Assembly: GCF_018398935.1 (NCBI RefSeq)
Contig: NZ_CP074694.1
Span: forward strand, 2,790,001 to 2,822,000
DNA from: Telmatocola sphagniphila
Lineage (GTDB): Bacteria > Planctomycetota > Planctomycetia > Gemmatales > Gemmataceae
Length of the DNA: 32,000 nucleotides
Direction: 5' to 3'
In this document: piece by piece, positions 9,030 to 17,108 of the stretch
How the letters are laid out: every line of letters starts with the position of its first letter
How positions within the stretch are numbered: position 1 is the first letter of the stretch
Notes under the pieces: model-generated
Seen by the model: only the letters and a program-made list of their open reading frames with translations
What the model was told of the DNA's origin: nothing
The model's database searches: none
Program-made: the position numbers and the translations under genes

Positions 9030-9676
9030 GGGATCAGTTTCTCCAATCCCGGCAGGTGGAGAGAATGAAGAAATTTGAGAGTTTCGCTGCGAATCTTCTT
9101 CTGGATGCTCGCCACATCTGACCGAGCATCGACCACGAAGTATTTATCTGGTTCCAGTGCCGCTTCTTTCAAAAAACCTTCGCGAACTTTCTGCTGGTAC
9201 TCGAGCGAACGGGCTTCCATGCGATCGGCCGAGCGACCGCGACGGGTAATTGCCTCTTCAATCGGCATATCGAGGATGAAGACTCGACCTGGTAGTATGC
9301 CCTCGGTACAGAACTGTCCGATGTTTTTCAGTTCCGATAATGGCAGGCCACCCGCATGCCCCTGGTAGACCAGATTGGCGAGAAGATACCGGTCGGTTAG
9401 AACAATTTGACCCGCTTTCAAAGCCGGCTTAATTTTTTCTTCCACCAACTGGGCTCGACTGGCCATGAACAACAGAGCTTCCGAGCGGAAGGAAAGGGTC
9501 GATTTGTTATCCAGAAGAATCTGGCGCAGTTTCGCCCCCAGATCGGTACCGCCGGGATCGACGCAATGCGTGAAGGGGACGCTTGCCTGCTCCAACCACT
9601 CCTTCAACAGCTGGCATTGCGTGGTTTTGCCAGTACCATCGATGCCATCCAGGGAAATAAATGCAGGTAAGGACAT
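9026..9676 (-). CDS. tmk: Thymidylate kinase
   Basis: P-loop LDGIDGTGKTTQ, DRY motif (LTDRYLLAN), and an overall length of 216 aa. Confidence 0.92.
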   Translation of the reverse strand: MSLPAFISLDGIDGTGKTTQCQLLKEWLEQASVPFTHCVDPGGTDLGAKLRQILLDNKSTLSFRSEALLFMASRAQLVEEKIKPALKAGQIVLTDRYLLANLVYQGHAGGLPLSELKNIGQFCTEGILPGRVFILDMPIEEAITRRGRSADRMEARSLEYQQKVREGFLKEAALEPDKYFVVDARSDVASIQKKIRSETLKFLHSLHLPGLEKLIP

Positions 9677-9749
9677 TCCGCCTCTCTAACTGAATATATT
9701 TTGATATTGTAGGTGCGATGGATCGATTCGCAGATCATAGAATTGTCGC

Positions 9750-11489
9750 ATGCCGGAATTTTATGCCGCCCGAAACTCTTTCCTGGTACCGTTGGGACTG
9801 GCGGCCCTGCTGACGGTCGTTAACGCTCTGAAGCCAGTCGTGGTGGACGACACGGCTTATCTGATTTTTGCCCAGCAAATCGTCGCTACTCCCTTGCAAC
9901 CTTACGGGCCAGCGCCCGGAACCGAGATTTGCTGGTATCAGCAGGCCGAACCGGCGTTCGAAATTTTGCTGCCGCCGGTGCTGCCTTACTGGCTCAGTCT
10001 TGGTATGCACCTTTTCGGGGAATCGATTCCTTTATTGAAGCTTTGGATGTTCCCATTCGCCTGGTTATTTTCGAGCTCACTTGCTTTTATCCTCGGCAAA
10101 ATCGTACCCGGATTTCGCATCGAAGGATTATTGCTCCTTCTCCTCTCCCCTACCTTTTTGCCCAGCATGAATTTCATGCTCGACATACCGGCCCTGGCTC
10201 TCGGGCTGACCGGAATTCGAGTACTTTGGGACGCCAAATCGGACTACAAAGCCATCCTGTCCGGGCTGATTACCGGCCTGGCCATGCAAACCAAATACAC
10301 TGCCTTCAGCATTCCCTGCATCCTGTTGCTGATGGGCCTTTTCATCGGTTCGCTGCGTTGCAGCATCCTGGCCATTACCACTGCGGCTGCACTGTTCTGC
10401 GGTTGGGAGTTGTACGTCTATCGGATCTACGGCCATTCCCATTTTCTGTTTCATGCCCTAGCGCAGAACGATAGTCTGCAAGGCGTTTTCTTTGAAGAAA
10501 AATGGAAGCTGGCGCTTGCACTGATCGGCAATCTCGGGGGCCTTTTTGCCGTTCCCTCTCTTGTCGGCTGGTTGGCTCTGGGATTCGGCAAAAGATTCGC
10601 TTACATCGGGCTGGGCTTAATCGGCTTGTATGTCCTGGCGCTCATCGGATTTCCGGATTCGATTTATGTACTCAAAACCGGCGATGAAGAAGAGCATGGA
10701 CGGCTGACCATAAATTCGCTTAGCCTGATGTGCCTGGGCACCAGCAGTGCCTTGGCGGTTCTTGGCAGTGCATTCAAACTGGGAATTTCGCAGCGACCGG
10801 ACGCTGCGAATCGTTCTCTCGATCGATTTTTAATTCTCTGGCTGTTTGTCGAACTCGGCTGCTATTTCGCTCTGACCCCCTTCCCGGCCAGTCGGAGGCT
10901 GATGGGGTTAGTGGTGATCGGCACTCTGGTTTGTTTGAGAGCTTTCCAATTGCGATTCGGAGCTTTGCCAAAGCCGAATTGTTTGAGATATGTCGTTGCG
11001 GCAGCCGTGGTAATTGGCTTTTTCTTTGCCTTCGTCGATCTGATGGATGCTCACGTTGAAAAGAATGCCATTGAAGAAGCGAAAGAATGGATTTTGCAAC
11101 AACCCGATCACGAATTTCCCATCTGGTTCGCCGGGCATTGGGGGGTGCAGTGGTATGGGCGGGAAGCCGGAATGAAGGAACTCTGGCCGGAAAAGTCTTT
11201 GGTTCACCGAGGGGATTGGGTGATTCTGCCTAAAGGATTGTGGCGGCCTTCAACCCAGGCGGTGAAAATTGACCCGGCGCTGCTTCGCTTAAAAGAAATC
11301 CCGATTACTCGGCTGGCCTATGGGATTTCACTACCGATTCACACGCCGCTGCCGAATACGATTTCCACCTATTACGGCGGAAAATATCCGATAAATCGGC
11401 TGACGGGACCTCGCGTTGTGCTGATCGTCTATCGGGCCGAGCACGATTTCGAGGTCCGTTCTCGAGCCAGTTCCGAAGTCGAAAAGTGA
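9750..11489 (+). CDS. GT-C fold glycosyltransferase (ArnT/PMT_2-like) integral membrane protein
   Basis: There are at least 10 predicted TM helices. The first-loop acidic motif is VVVDDTAYL. PMT_2-like segments include PPVLPYWLSLGMHLFGES and GLITGLAMQTKYTAF. A C-terminal soluble domain follows. Confidence 0.65.
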   Translation: MPEFYAARNSFLVPLGLAALLTVVNALKPVVVDDTAYLIFAQQIVATPLQPYGPAPGTEICWYQQAEPAFEILLPPVLPYWLSLGMHLFGESIPLLKLWMFPFAWLFSSSLAFILGKIVPGFRIEGLLLLLLSPTFLPSMNFMLDIPALALGLTGIRVLWDAKSDYKAILSGLITGLAMQTKYTAFSIPCILLLMGLFIGSLRCSILAITTAAALFCGWELYVYRIYGHSHFLFHALAQNDSLQGVFFEEKWKLALALIGNLGGLFAVPSLVGWLALGFGKRFAYIGLGLIGLYVLALIGFPDSIYVLKTGDEEEHGRLTINSLSLMCLGTSSALAVLGSAFKLGISQRPDAANRSLDRFLILWLFVELGCYFALTPFPASRRLMGLVVIGTLVCLRAFQLRFGALPKPNCLRYVVAAAVVIGFFFAFVDLMDAHVEKNAIEEAKEWILQQPDHEFPIWFAGHWGVQWYGREAGMKELWPEKSLVHRGDWVILPKGLWRPSTQAVKIDPALLRLKEIPITRLAYGISLPIHTPLPNTISTYYGGKYPINRLTGPRVVLIVYRAEHDFEVRSRASSEVEK

Positions 11490-11556
11490 TCGGCAAAGCT
11501 TCTCGGAATGGAGGGGGCGAACTCCCAATCTGAAGCATACGCCACCGAACACTTGG

Positions 11557-14049
11557 TTACTTGGGAAGGAACGGACTGCCCTTGAACTCGAATTTTTCCA
11601 GATAAACATGCTGGCGATCGCCCCGTTCGTAAAGATCCTCCAGCATAACCCCCAGGTTGGGTTTTAATGGCTTGCGCTCGTTGTTCCATTCCTTGCCGTT
11701 AATGACAATTCGAATCGGTTTATCCAGCTCGAATAATCCTCGCGGAACAGAGACCGTCAACTGACGGAAACCGACCGCGTCGATCCGGACCATGTTACCT
11801 TCCATCGCTTTGGCAGCAATCCGCGCCGGCACGAATTCGCCGCGAGGATTCCTTTCCAAAGTCTTCCCCGGCATGATTTCACTGGTGCTGACCCAGTAAA
11901 AGTGGTTGTCTTCCTGGCGCATGGTACGGAAGTCCGTTCCCTCCGCCCCCAAACCCGGTGTTCCGAAACCGGGCAGACCGTTGGTGCGTTTCTTCCGGAC
12001 CATCCAGTCGAACATAAAGGGGAGTTCCTGGAAAAAGAATTCGGGATTCCGCCCCTTGTAAGCGACCGCTAACACGGGAAATCCTTTATTCATCCAATTT
12101 TTCAGGGTCATCTGAATCGTCTTCGCCGTGTCATCCCCCACACGGTCGGCGAGGATCAGATAGAGCGGCAACTGCTGCACATTCTGCCAATATTCTCGGA
12201 GCACAAGTTTGCTGGGACTGGCCGATTTGGCCGCAAAGACCCGGGCACTCGGGAATGGGCACATCGCCGTAACCCCGGCAAACAAATCGGGATGGGAGAG
12301 TCCGACATCGTAAGCCATGTTGCCGGCCTCGTTGCAGCCAAAAAGAAAGACTCGATCGGAATCGATTTGAAGGAATCGCTCCAGATGCGAAATTAAAGCG
12401 GGGACAACTCCTCGTTCATCATCGGTGAAGGTATAGGTAGCGCGGATGCCGCCATTCCAAACGGGCACGGCGACGATATACCCATAACGCGCCGGTAAAT
12501 TGCCGAATTTTTTGATCAAATCTTCCGGTTTCTCATTTCCATCCGGGAGCAGGATCAAAAGTGGTGTACGTCGGGCGAAATGGTATTCCGGAGGCAACTG
12601 AAGTGCAAAATCGACCCCTTTGGGATAGTTCTTCACTGGGCCTGTATTGTACATCTTGATGGCCGTGGAGAAATCTTTGTTCTCGTACGGTGGCGGCATC
12701 AGGGAAATGATCTGAGCCAGTTCATCGATCGGGGGCAGCAGAGCGTTCTTTTCCAGTTTGCCCAGGAGCGTCAGTCGGTCGCCTCGGGTATCCGTGCTCA
12801 GATAGCTCTTGAGAAGTTCCCGCGCATCCCAGAGTTTCTTGGCAGCCGCCGATTTGGTTTCGGCCGAGGATTTACCTAACAGCCAGCCAGTGACCGCGAG
12901 GGAGAGTAACTCCTCCGGCTTATAGGTTGTCGCCCGCCCTTGGGCGATATCTCTTTCCACCTGATCGGCCATGGCCACGAAAGTGTCCAGGCGGGAAATC
13001 GAATCGGGGTGCAATTCTCGCTGAATGACCTTCGCCGCCCCAATGAGAAAGCGATCCGCTTCAGAAAATTGTAATTTGCTGAGCTTTTCCAAATGCAGTT
13101 GAGCCTTTTCGAGCTTTTGCATTTGCGCTTCAAATTCCGCCTTGAAGGTGCTGTATTTCAAAGTCTGCGGAGCCGGGATACCTTCTTTAGGGAATTCAGG
13201 CAACTTCTTACGCAGAGCCTCGTATCGACCGCCGGAGCGGAGGATGTCCAATTCCTGCAGATACAGATCGGCCTGGGCGGACAGCAGCGATTTACGCATG
13301 TCCGCAACAGACTGTTTATCGTCCGGCAGAGCCTTGGCCAAGTCGTCGATCTCTTTCTGAGCATAATCGAACCAGTTCGCCTGGATGAGAAACAAAATCA
13401 GCTTCTTGCGCTTGGAGGCTTCCGGTTTACCAGCTTCTTCTTTTAGATCGGGGTGATGCCTTAGCAGCTTGAGGACTTTCTCCGGCCCCCATTCCTGAGT
13501 CAGATAGGAAGCCCCCCATTTATGGCTGGAAGAATCGATGCGAATGAAATGGGGCGTGAGGGTTACAATCTGTTGCTGAAGATCGGCAATCCACCTTCCA
13601 TTCGAGAGGGAATAGACCGGCACTTTACGCATCCAACGGTCGTCGTAATCGATGTCTTTCTTGGGGGCGACGTCGAAATCGATGGGATTTTTCAGACCAC
13701 CGGAAACAAATTTGGTCCTTAAAGTCACAAAGTCAGCGAAGCGATTGAAATCGCTCGAATCCCCAAGTTGACGATAATTGGGACTAAAAACGGTGATCCT
13801 CCCCCCATCATCCACTTTGTGAAAGCCGGCTTTGATGATAAAGCTCTCCCCGGTGGTGGGATCCACTTCGACGACACTATCCTTAAATACTTTACCGTGC
13901 AGGGTATAACCATCCTTGAGGATCACCACATCCGCTCGGGAAGACTTCGGAGCATAACTTACGAGCAGAAGAGCCAACCCTAAAAAAGCGATGGAACGGA
14001 AGATTGGATTCAGCCACGCATTCTGAGATTGGTTGGAGGGAAACGTCAT
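11557..14049 (-). CDS. Secreted or membrane-anchored 830-aa protein: N-terminal beta region, helical repeat middle, C-terminal alpha/beta-hydrolase-like domain lacking catalytic residues
   Basis: N-terminal signal or anchor (IFRSIAFLGLALLLVSYA). The C-terminal part follows the esterase/PHB-depolymerase pattern (LLILLPDG..YIVAVP..DSDRVFLFGCNEAGNMAY..HPDLFAGV). At the nucleophile elbow, however, it has GCNEAG instead of GxSxG. Confidence 0.7.
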   Translation of the reverse strand: MTFPSNQSQNAWLNPIFRSIAFLGLALLLVSYAPKSSRADVVILKDGYTLHGKVFKDSVVEVDPTTGESFIIKAGFHKVDDGGRITVFSPNYRQLGDSSDFNRFADFVTLRTKFVSGGLKNPIDFDVAPKKDIDYDDRWMRKVPVYSLSNGRWIADLQQQIVTLTPHFIRIDSSSHKWGASYLTQEWGPEKVLKLLRHHPDLKEEAGKPEASKRKKLILFLIQANWFDYAQKEIDDLAKALPDDKQSVADMRKSLLSAQADLYLQELDILRSGGRYEALRKKLPEFPKEGIPAPQTLKYSTFKAEFEAQMQKLEKAQLHLEKLSKLQFSEADRFLIGAAKVIQRELHPDSISRLDTFVAMADQVERDIAQGRATTYKPEELLSLAVTGWLLGKSSAETKSAAAKKLWDARELLKSYLSTDTRGDRLTLLGKLEKNALLPPIDELAQIISLMPPPYENKDFSTAIKMYNTGPVKNYPKGVDFALQLPPEYHFARRTPLLILLPDGNEKPEDLIKKFGNLPARYGYIVAVPVWNGGIRATYTFTDDERGVVPALISHLERFLQIDSDRVFLFGCNEAGNMAYDVGLSHPDLFAGVTAMCPFPSARVFAAKSASPSKLVLREYWQNVQQLPLYLILADRVGDDTAKTIQMTLKNWMNKGFPVLAVAYKGRNPEFFFQELPFMFDWMVRKKRTNGLPGFGTPGLGAEGTDFRTMRQEDNHFYWVSTSEIMPGKTLERNPRGEFVPARIAAKAMEGNMVRIDAVGFRQLTVSVPRGLFELDKPIRIVINGKEWNNERKPLKPNLGVMLEDLYERGDRQHVYLEKFEFKGSPFLPK

Positions 14050-14141
14050 AAAGAGGCCTCATCGGGAATGAGTGAACTTTGTTGGTTGATTCCACAGTTA
14101 AACTACGGCAAAATAGAAGATATCTCTAGCGGAGTTCTCCG

Positions 14142-14771
14142 ATGCCGATCCGGTTTCGCTGTATTTATTGTGACAAGTTACTCGGGATAGCACAACGAAA
14201 AGCAGGCATGGATATCACCTGTCCCAAGTGCAAGGGGCGTATGCGAGTGCCCACGCCGGAGACGCCGAGCCATGCTACGACTCAGGCTTTGTCCGAGTCT
14301 TCTTCCTCGATCATCGAGGAATCTATGCCCGGGCCATCTAAGGCGGCAACTACCGCCCCTCCCGGAAGCAAAAAGGCTCGTCCATCCCAGGGCCGGGCAG
14401 TCAAATCGGCAGAAAAGCCTGCGACGCCTTCAAAATTGTTCGAAAACGACGATTTCGAGCTCCTTCTGACCGCCGGTACACTCCCCAGATCCGAAAAGTC
14501 GGGCCCGAATGCTGCAATAAACAAGGGAACGCCGGGAATTGAAAAACTTGCAAACACTTCCAAAGAAATTTCCGACCGGGATCTATTTGCGATTGATTTG
14601 GACTCACCAGTGCCTCAAGTGGTCGCCCAAGCATCGCCAGCGATCGCTTCCGAACCGCATGTTGCCCTCCCGTTACCCAACTCATTTCCCTGGGTATGGG
14701 TCGCTGTCTCGTGGGCCTTGTTTCTCGGAGCGGGTTTTGGAATCGGTTTTTTGATGTTCAAGAAGGCTTAG
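14142..14771 (+). CDS. Zinc-ribbon protein with disordered linker and C-terminal TM anchor
   Basis: GGAG sits 8 nt upstream of the ATG. The N-terminal CxxC..CxxC is RCIYCDKL...ITCPKCKG. A Pro/Ser/Ala-rich low-complexity middle follows. The C-terminal helix is WVWVAVSWALFLGAGFGIGFLMF. Confidence 0.6.
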   Translation: MPIRFRCIYCDKLLGIAQRKAGMDITCPKCKGRMRVPTPETPSHATTQALSESSSSIIEESMPGPSKAATTAPPGSKKARPSQGRAVKSAEKPATPSKLFENDDFELLLTAGTLPRSEKSGPNAAINKGTPGIEKLANTSKEISDRDLFAIDLDSPVPQVVAQASPAIASEPHVALPLPNSFPWVWVAVSWALFLGAGFGIGFLMFKKA

Positions 14772-15471
14772 CCAGAGGGATCCAATCGCCCTGGATCAAT
14801 CCTTCACTCGGCTTAAAATTGTTTTTGTAGCTCAGCGACGCACACCCTTGAACGTAATAGCCCAGGTACAGATAGGGCAAATTTAACTCCCGCGCCCGGG
14901 CAATCCCGCTCAGAACATTAAACGTGCCCAGCGACCGATCCCGAAATTCCGGATCGTAGAAGAAGTAAATCATCGACAGGCTTTCTTCGAGCAAATCGTT
15001 GTAGCCAATGCCAATGCAGCGCTCGCCCAGGAAGTAACGCCATTCTTCGACGGGAAAAGGATTTAACGCGAACGAAGTCATATATTCGTCGCGGTCTTTG
15101 GCCCCTTCAAAAGGCCAGCCTTTAAAATCGGACTGAAATTCATGGTATTTGGCGTGCAGGTCGATCCGGTCCTGGCTGACTTGCGGTTCGCCGATCTCCA
15201 GACGGATATCGGTATTATCCTTCCAGGCCCGGCGCTGGCTTCGATTGGGCTGAAAATCGGCCACCGGAATGCGAATGGAAACGCATTCCGAGCAGTGCGG
15301 GCACTTGGGGTGAAAGAGCCAATGGCCGAAGTGCCGCCAACCCGACTTCATCCGCTCCTCGTATTCCTCGGCGGTCATCTCGGCGACCACCTCGTACTCG
15401 AGTTGCCAATCCCGGTCCGGCAGATAACCACACGGGCTGAGCGGAGCCAAATATGTCGCCAGAGAGATCAT
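14758..15471 (-). CDS. bpt: Arginyl/leucyl-tRNA--protein transferase (ATE1-like, Bpt family)
   Basis: ATE_N cysteine motifs CGYLPDR and CPHCSEC, plus an ATE_C region (GTFNVL...LPYLYLGYYV). Its 3' end overlaps the convergent Zn-ribbon gene by 14 nt. Confidence 0.8.
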   Translation of the reverse strand: MISLATYLAPLSPCGYLPDRDWQLEYEVVAEMTAEEYEERMKSGWRHFGHWLFHPKCPHCSECVSIRIPVADFQPNRSQRRAWKDNTDIRLEIGEPQVSQDRIDLHAKYHEFQSDFKGWPFEGAKDRDEYMTSFALNPFPVEEWRYFLGERCIGIGYNDLLEESLSMIYFFYDPEFRDRSLGTFNVLSGIARARELNLPYLYLGYYVQGCASLSYKNNFKPSEGLIQGDWIPLAKPS

Positions 15472-15489
15472 GCCAAAATTATACCGGGC

Positions 15490-16332
15490 TTAATCCACAA
15501 ACTCCAACTCTGTTGGGCTGGGAATAATTCCCATACGATGCCCTTCCCTTAACAATCGCTCCACTGCTTGCCGGCCGCGTTCCCGATAATCGATTGTCCA
15601 ATCATTCACATACATGCCAACAAACTTGTCCGCCAACTTCACATCCATATCGCGGGCATAATTCAGGGCATAGGCTAAAGCATCAGCCCGATTGTCCAGG
15701 GAAAATTGGATGCTCTTCTGAATTAAACGGGTCACTTCCGACATCGTCTGCTTGCCCAAATCCTTACGAATTACGTTTCCGCCCAGCGGTAGCGGCAAGC
15801 CCGTCACCTTTTTCCACCAGACGCCGAGATCGACGTGGAGCTTCAAACCTTGATTCTGAAATGTTAATTGCCCTTCGTGGATGATCAAACCTGCGTCGAA
15901 CTTACCGCTTTCCACCGCCGGGATAATTTCATCGAAAGGAATGGCTTCGAATTCGAAGGGCTGCCCTTCGAAATAGAGTTTCAGCGTCAAAAAGGCGGTG
16001 GTCAGCGTACCCGGAATTGCGATTTTCGTCTTTAACAACTCGGCCTTGGTGAGTTCTTTGCGGGCCACCACCATTGGGCCGTAATCGTCGCCCATGCTAC
16101 AACCGCAAGGCATCAAAGCATATTTGTCGGTGAGGTAGGAGTAAGCATGCAAGCTGACGGCGGAGACTTCCAGTTCCCCCTTCATGGCCCGGCGATTCAA
16201 AGTTTCGATATCCTGCAACTGATGCACGAAGCTGTAGCGACCGGTGTCAAACTTGTCTTTGGCCAGCCCGTAAAACATAAAGGCATCATCGGGATCAGGA
16301 CTATGTCCCACATTTATTAGCTGCTTGATCAT
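15490..16332 (-). CDS. mqnD: MqnA/MqnD-family protein (futalosine-pathway 1,4-dihydroxy-6-naphthoate synthase-like, PF02621-type)
   Basis: INVGHSPDPDDAFMFYGL and DIETLNRRAMKGELEVSAVSLHAY match my recollection of the MqnD consensus (GxSPCPNDTFxFxAL ... DVETLNxxAxxGxLxVTKxSxHAY). The start overlaps the stop of the ABC ATPase (ATGA at 16329-16332). Confidence 0.7.
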   Translation of the reverse strand: MIKQLINVGHSPDPDDAFMFYGLAKDKFDTGRYSFVHQLQDIETLNRRAMKGELEVSAVSLHAYSYLTDKYALMPCGCSMGDDYGPMVVARKELTKAELLKTKIAIPGTLTTAFLTLKLYFEGQPFEFEAIPFDEIIPAVESGKFDAGLIIHEGQLTFQNQGLKLHVDLGVWWKKVTGLPLPLGGNVIRKDLGKQTMSEVTRLIQKSIQFSLDNRADALAYALNYARDMDVKLADKFVGMYVNDWTIDYRERGRQAVERLLREGHRMGIIPSPTELEFVD

Positions 16333-17066
16333 AATTCTACTTTCTGAAGAAACTCACGGGCCAAAGCGGATTTCGGCTGCTGGAAGAAATCGGCGGGAAC
16401 CCCTTCTTCAACAATCCGGCCAGCACACATGAAGAAAATCCGATGCCCTGCCCGTTTGGCGAAATGCATCGCATGGGTGACGATCAGCATCGTCATGTCC
16501 GTTTTGGCCAGATCCAGAATGACCGAAAGAACTTCATCCGCCATCTGCGGATCGAGCGCGCTCGTCGGCTCATCGAAAAGCATCGCCACCGGGTTAACCG
16601 CTAAAGCGCGGGCAATCGCAACACGCTGTTGCTGACCACCCGATAATTGGGACGGTCGGGAGTCTTTTTTGTGCTTCAGCCCGACCTGATCCAATAGTTT
16701 GAGGGCTTTCTCTTCCGCCTTTTCTTTGGATTCTTTCAGCACCAGTAATGGACCGCTCATCACGTTCTCCAGAGCAGTCATATGGGGAAAAAGGTGGAAT
16801 TGCTGGAAGACCATGCCGAGACGTTTTCGAATCGCCAGCAGTTCGGGAGAATTGGGAGCCGTAGCAGGTTCCAGCTTGCGATCCTCGATGCGGATGCCGC
16901 CGGCCTGAAAAGGCTCGAGCCCATTCACGCAGCGAAGGAGAGTGCTTTTACCACTCCCCGACGGCCCGATGAACACGGCGACCTGACCGGCGGGCACGTC
17001 GAGGGATATACCGTCGAGAATCCGGATCGAACCGTGAGATTTAACCAGATTTTCAATGTGAATCAT
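16329..17066 (-). CDS. Polar amino-acid ABC transporter ATP-binding protein (GlnQ/HisP type)
   Basis: Walker A GPSGSGKST, signature LSGGQQQRVAIARAL, Walker B MLFDEPTSALD, and H-loop VTHAM. The FQQFHLFPHMTALENV segment is typical of PAAT-family ATPases. Confidence 0.9.
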   Translation of the reverse strand: MIHIENLVKSHGSIRILDGISLDVPAGQVAVFIGPSGSGKSTLLRCVNGLEPFQAGGIRIEDRKLEPATAPNSPELLAIRKRLGMVFQQFHLFPHMTALENVMSGPLLVLKESKEKAEEKALKLLDQVGLKHKKDSRPSQLSGGQQQRVAIARALAVNPVAMLFDEPTSALDPQMADEVLSVILDLAKTDMTMLIVTHAMHFAKRAGHRIFFMCAGRIVEEGVPADFFQQPKSALAREFLQKVEL

Positions 17067-17108
17067 GCAATTCTTTTTACACTTCGCCGCATAATTTCAA
17101 TCGGTCAA

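Noticed and set aside
11490-11556. Possible bidirectional terminator between the convergent GT-C gene and the 830-aa gene
   Set aside because: Only a 4-bp GGAG/CTCC pairing is available and there is no U-tract, which is not enough to call.
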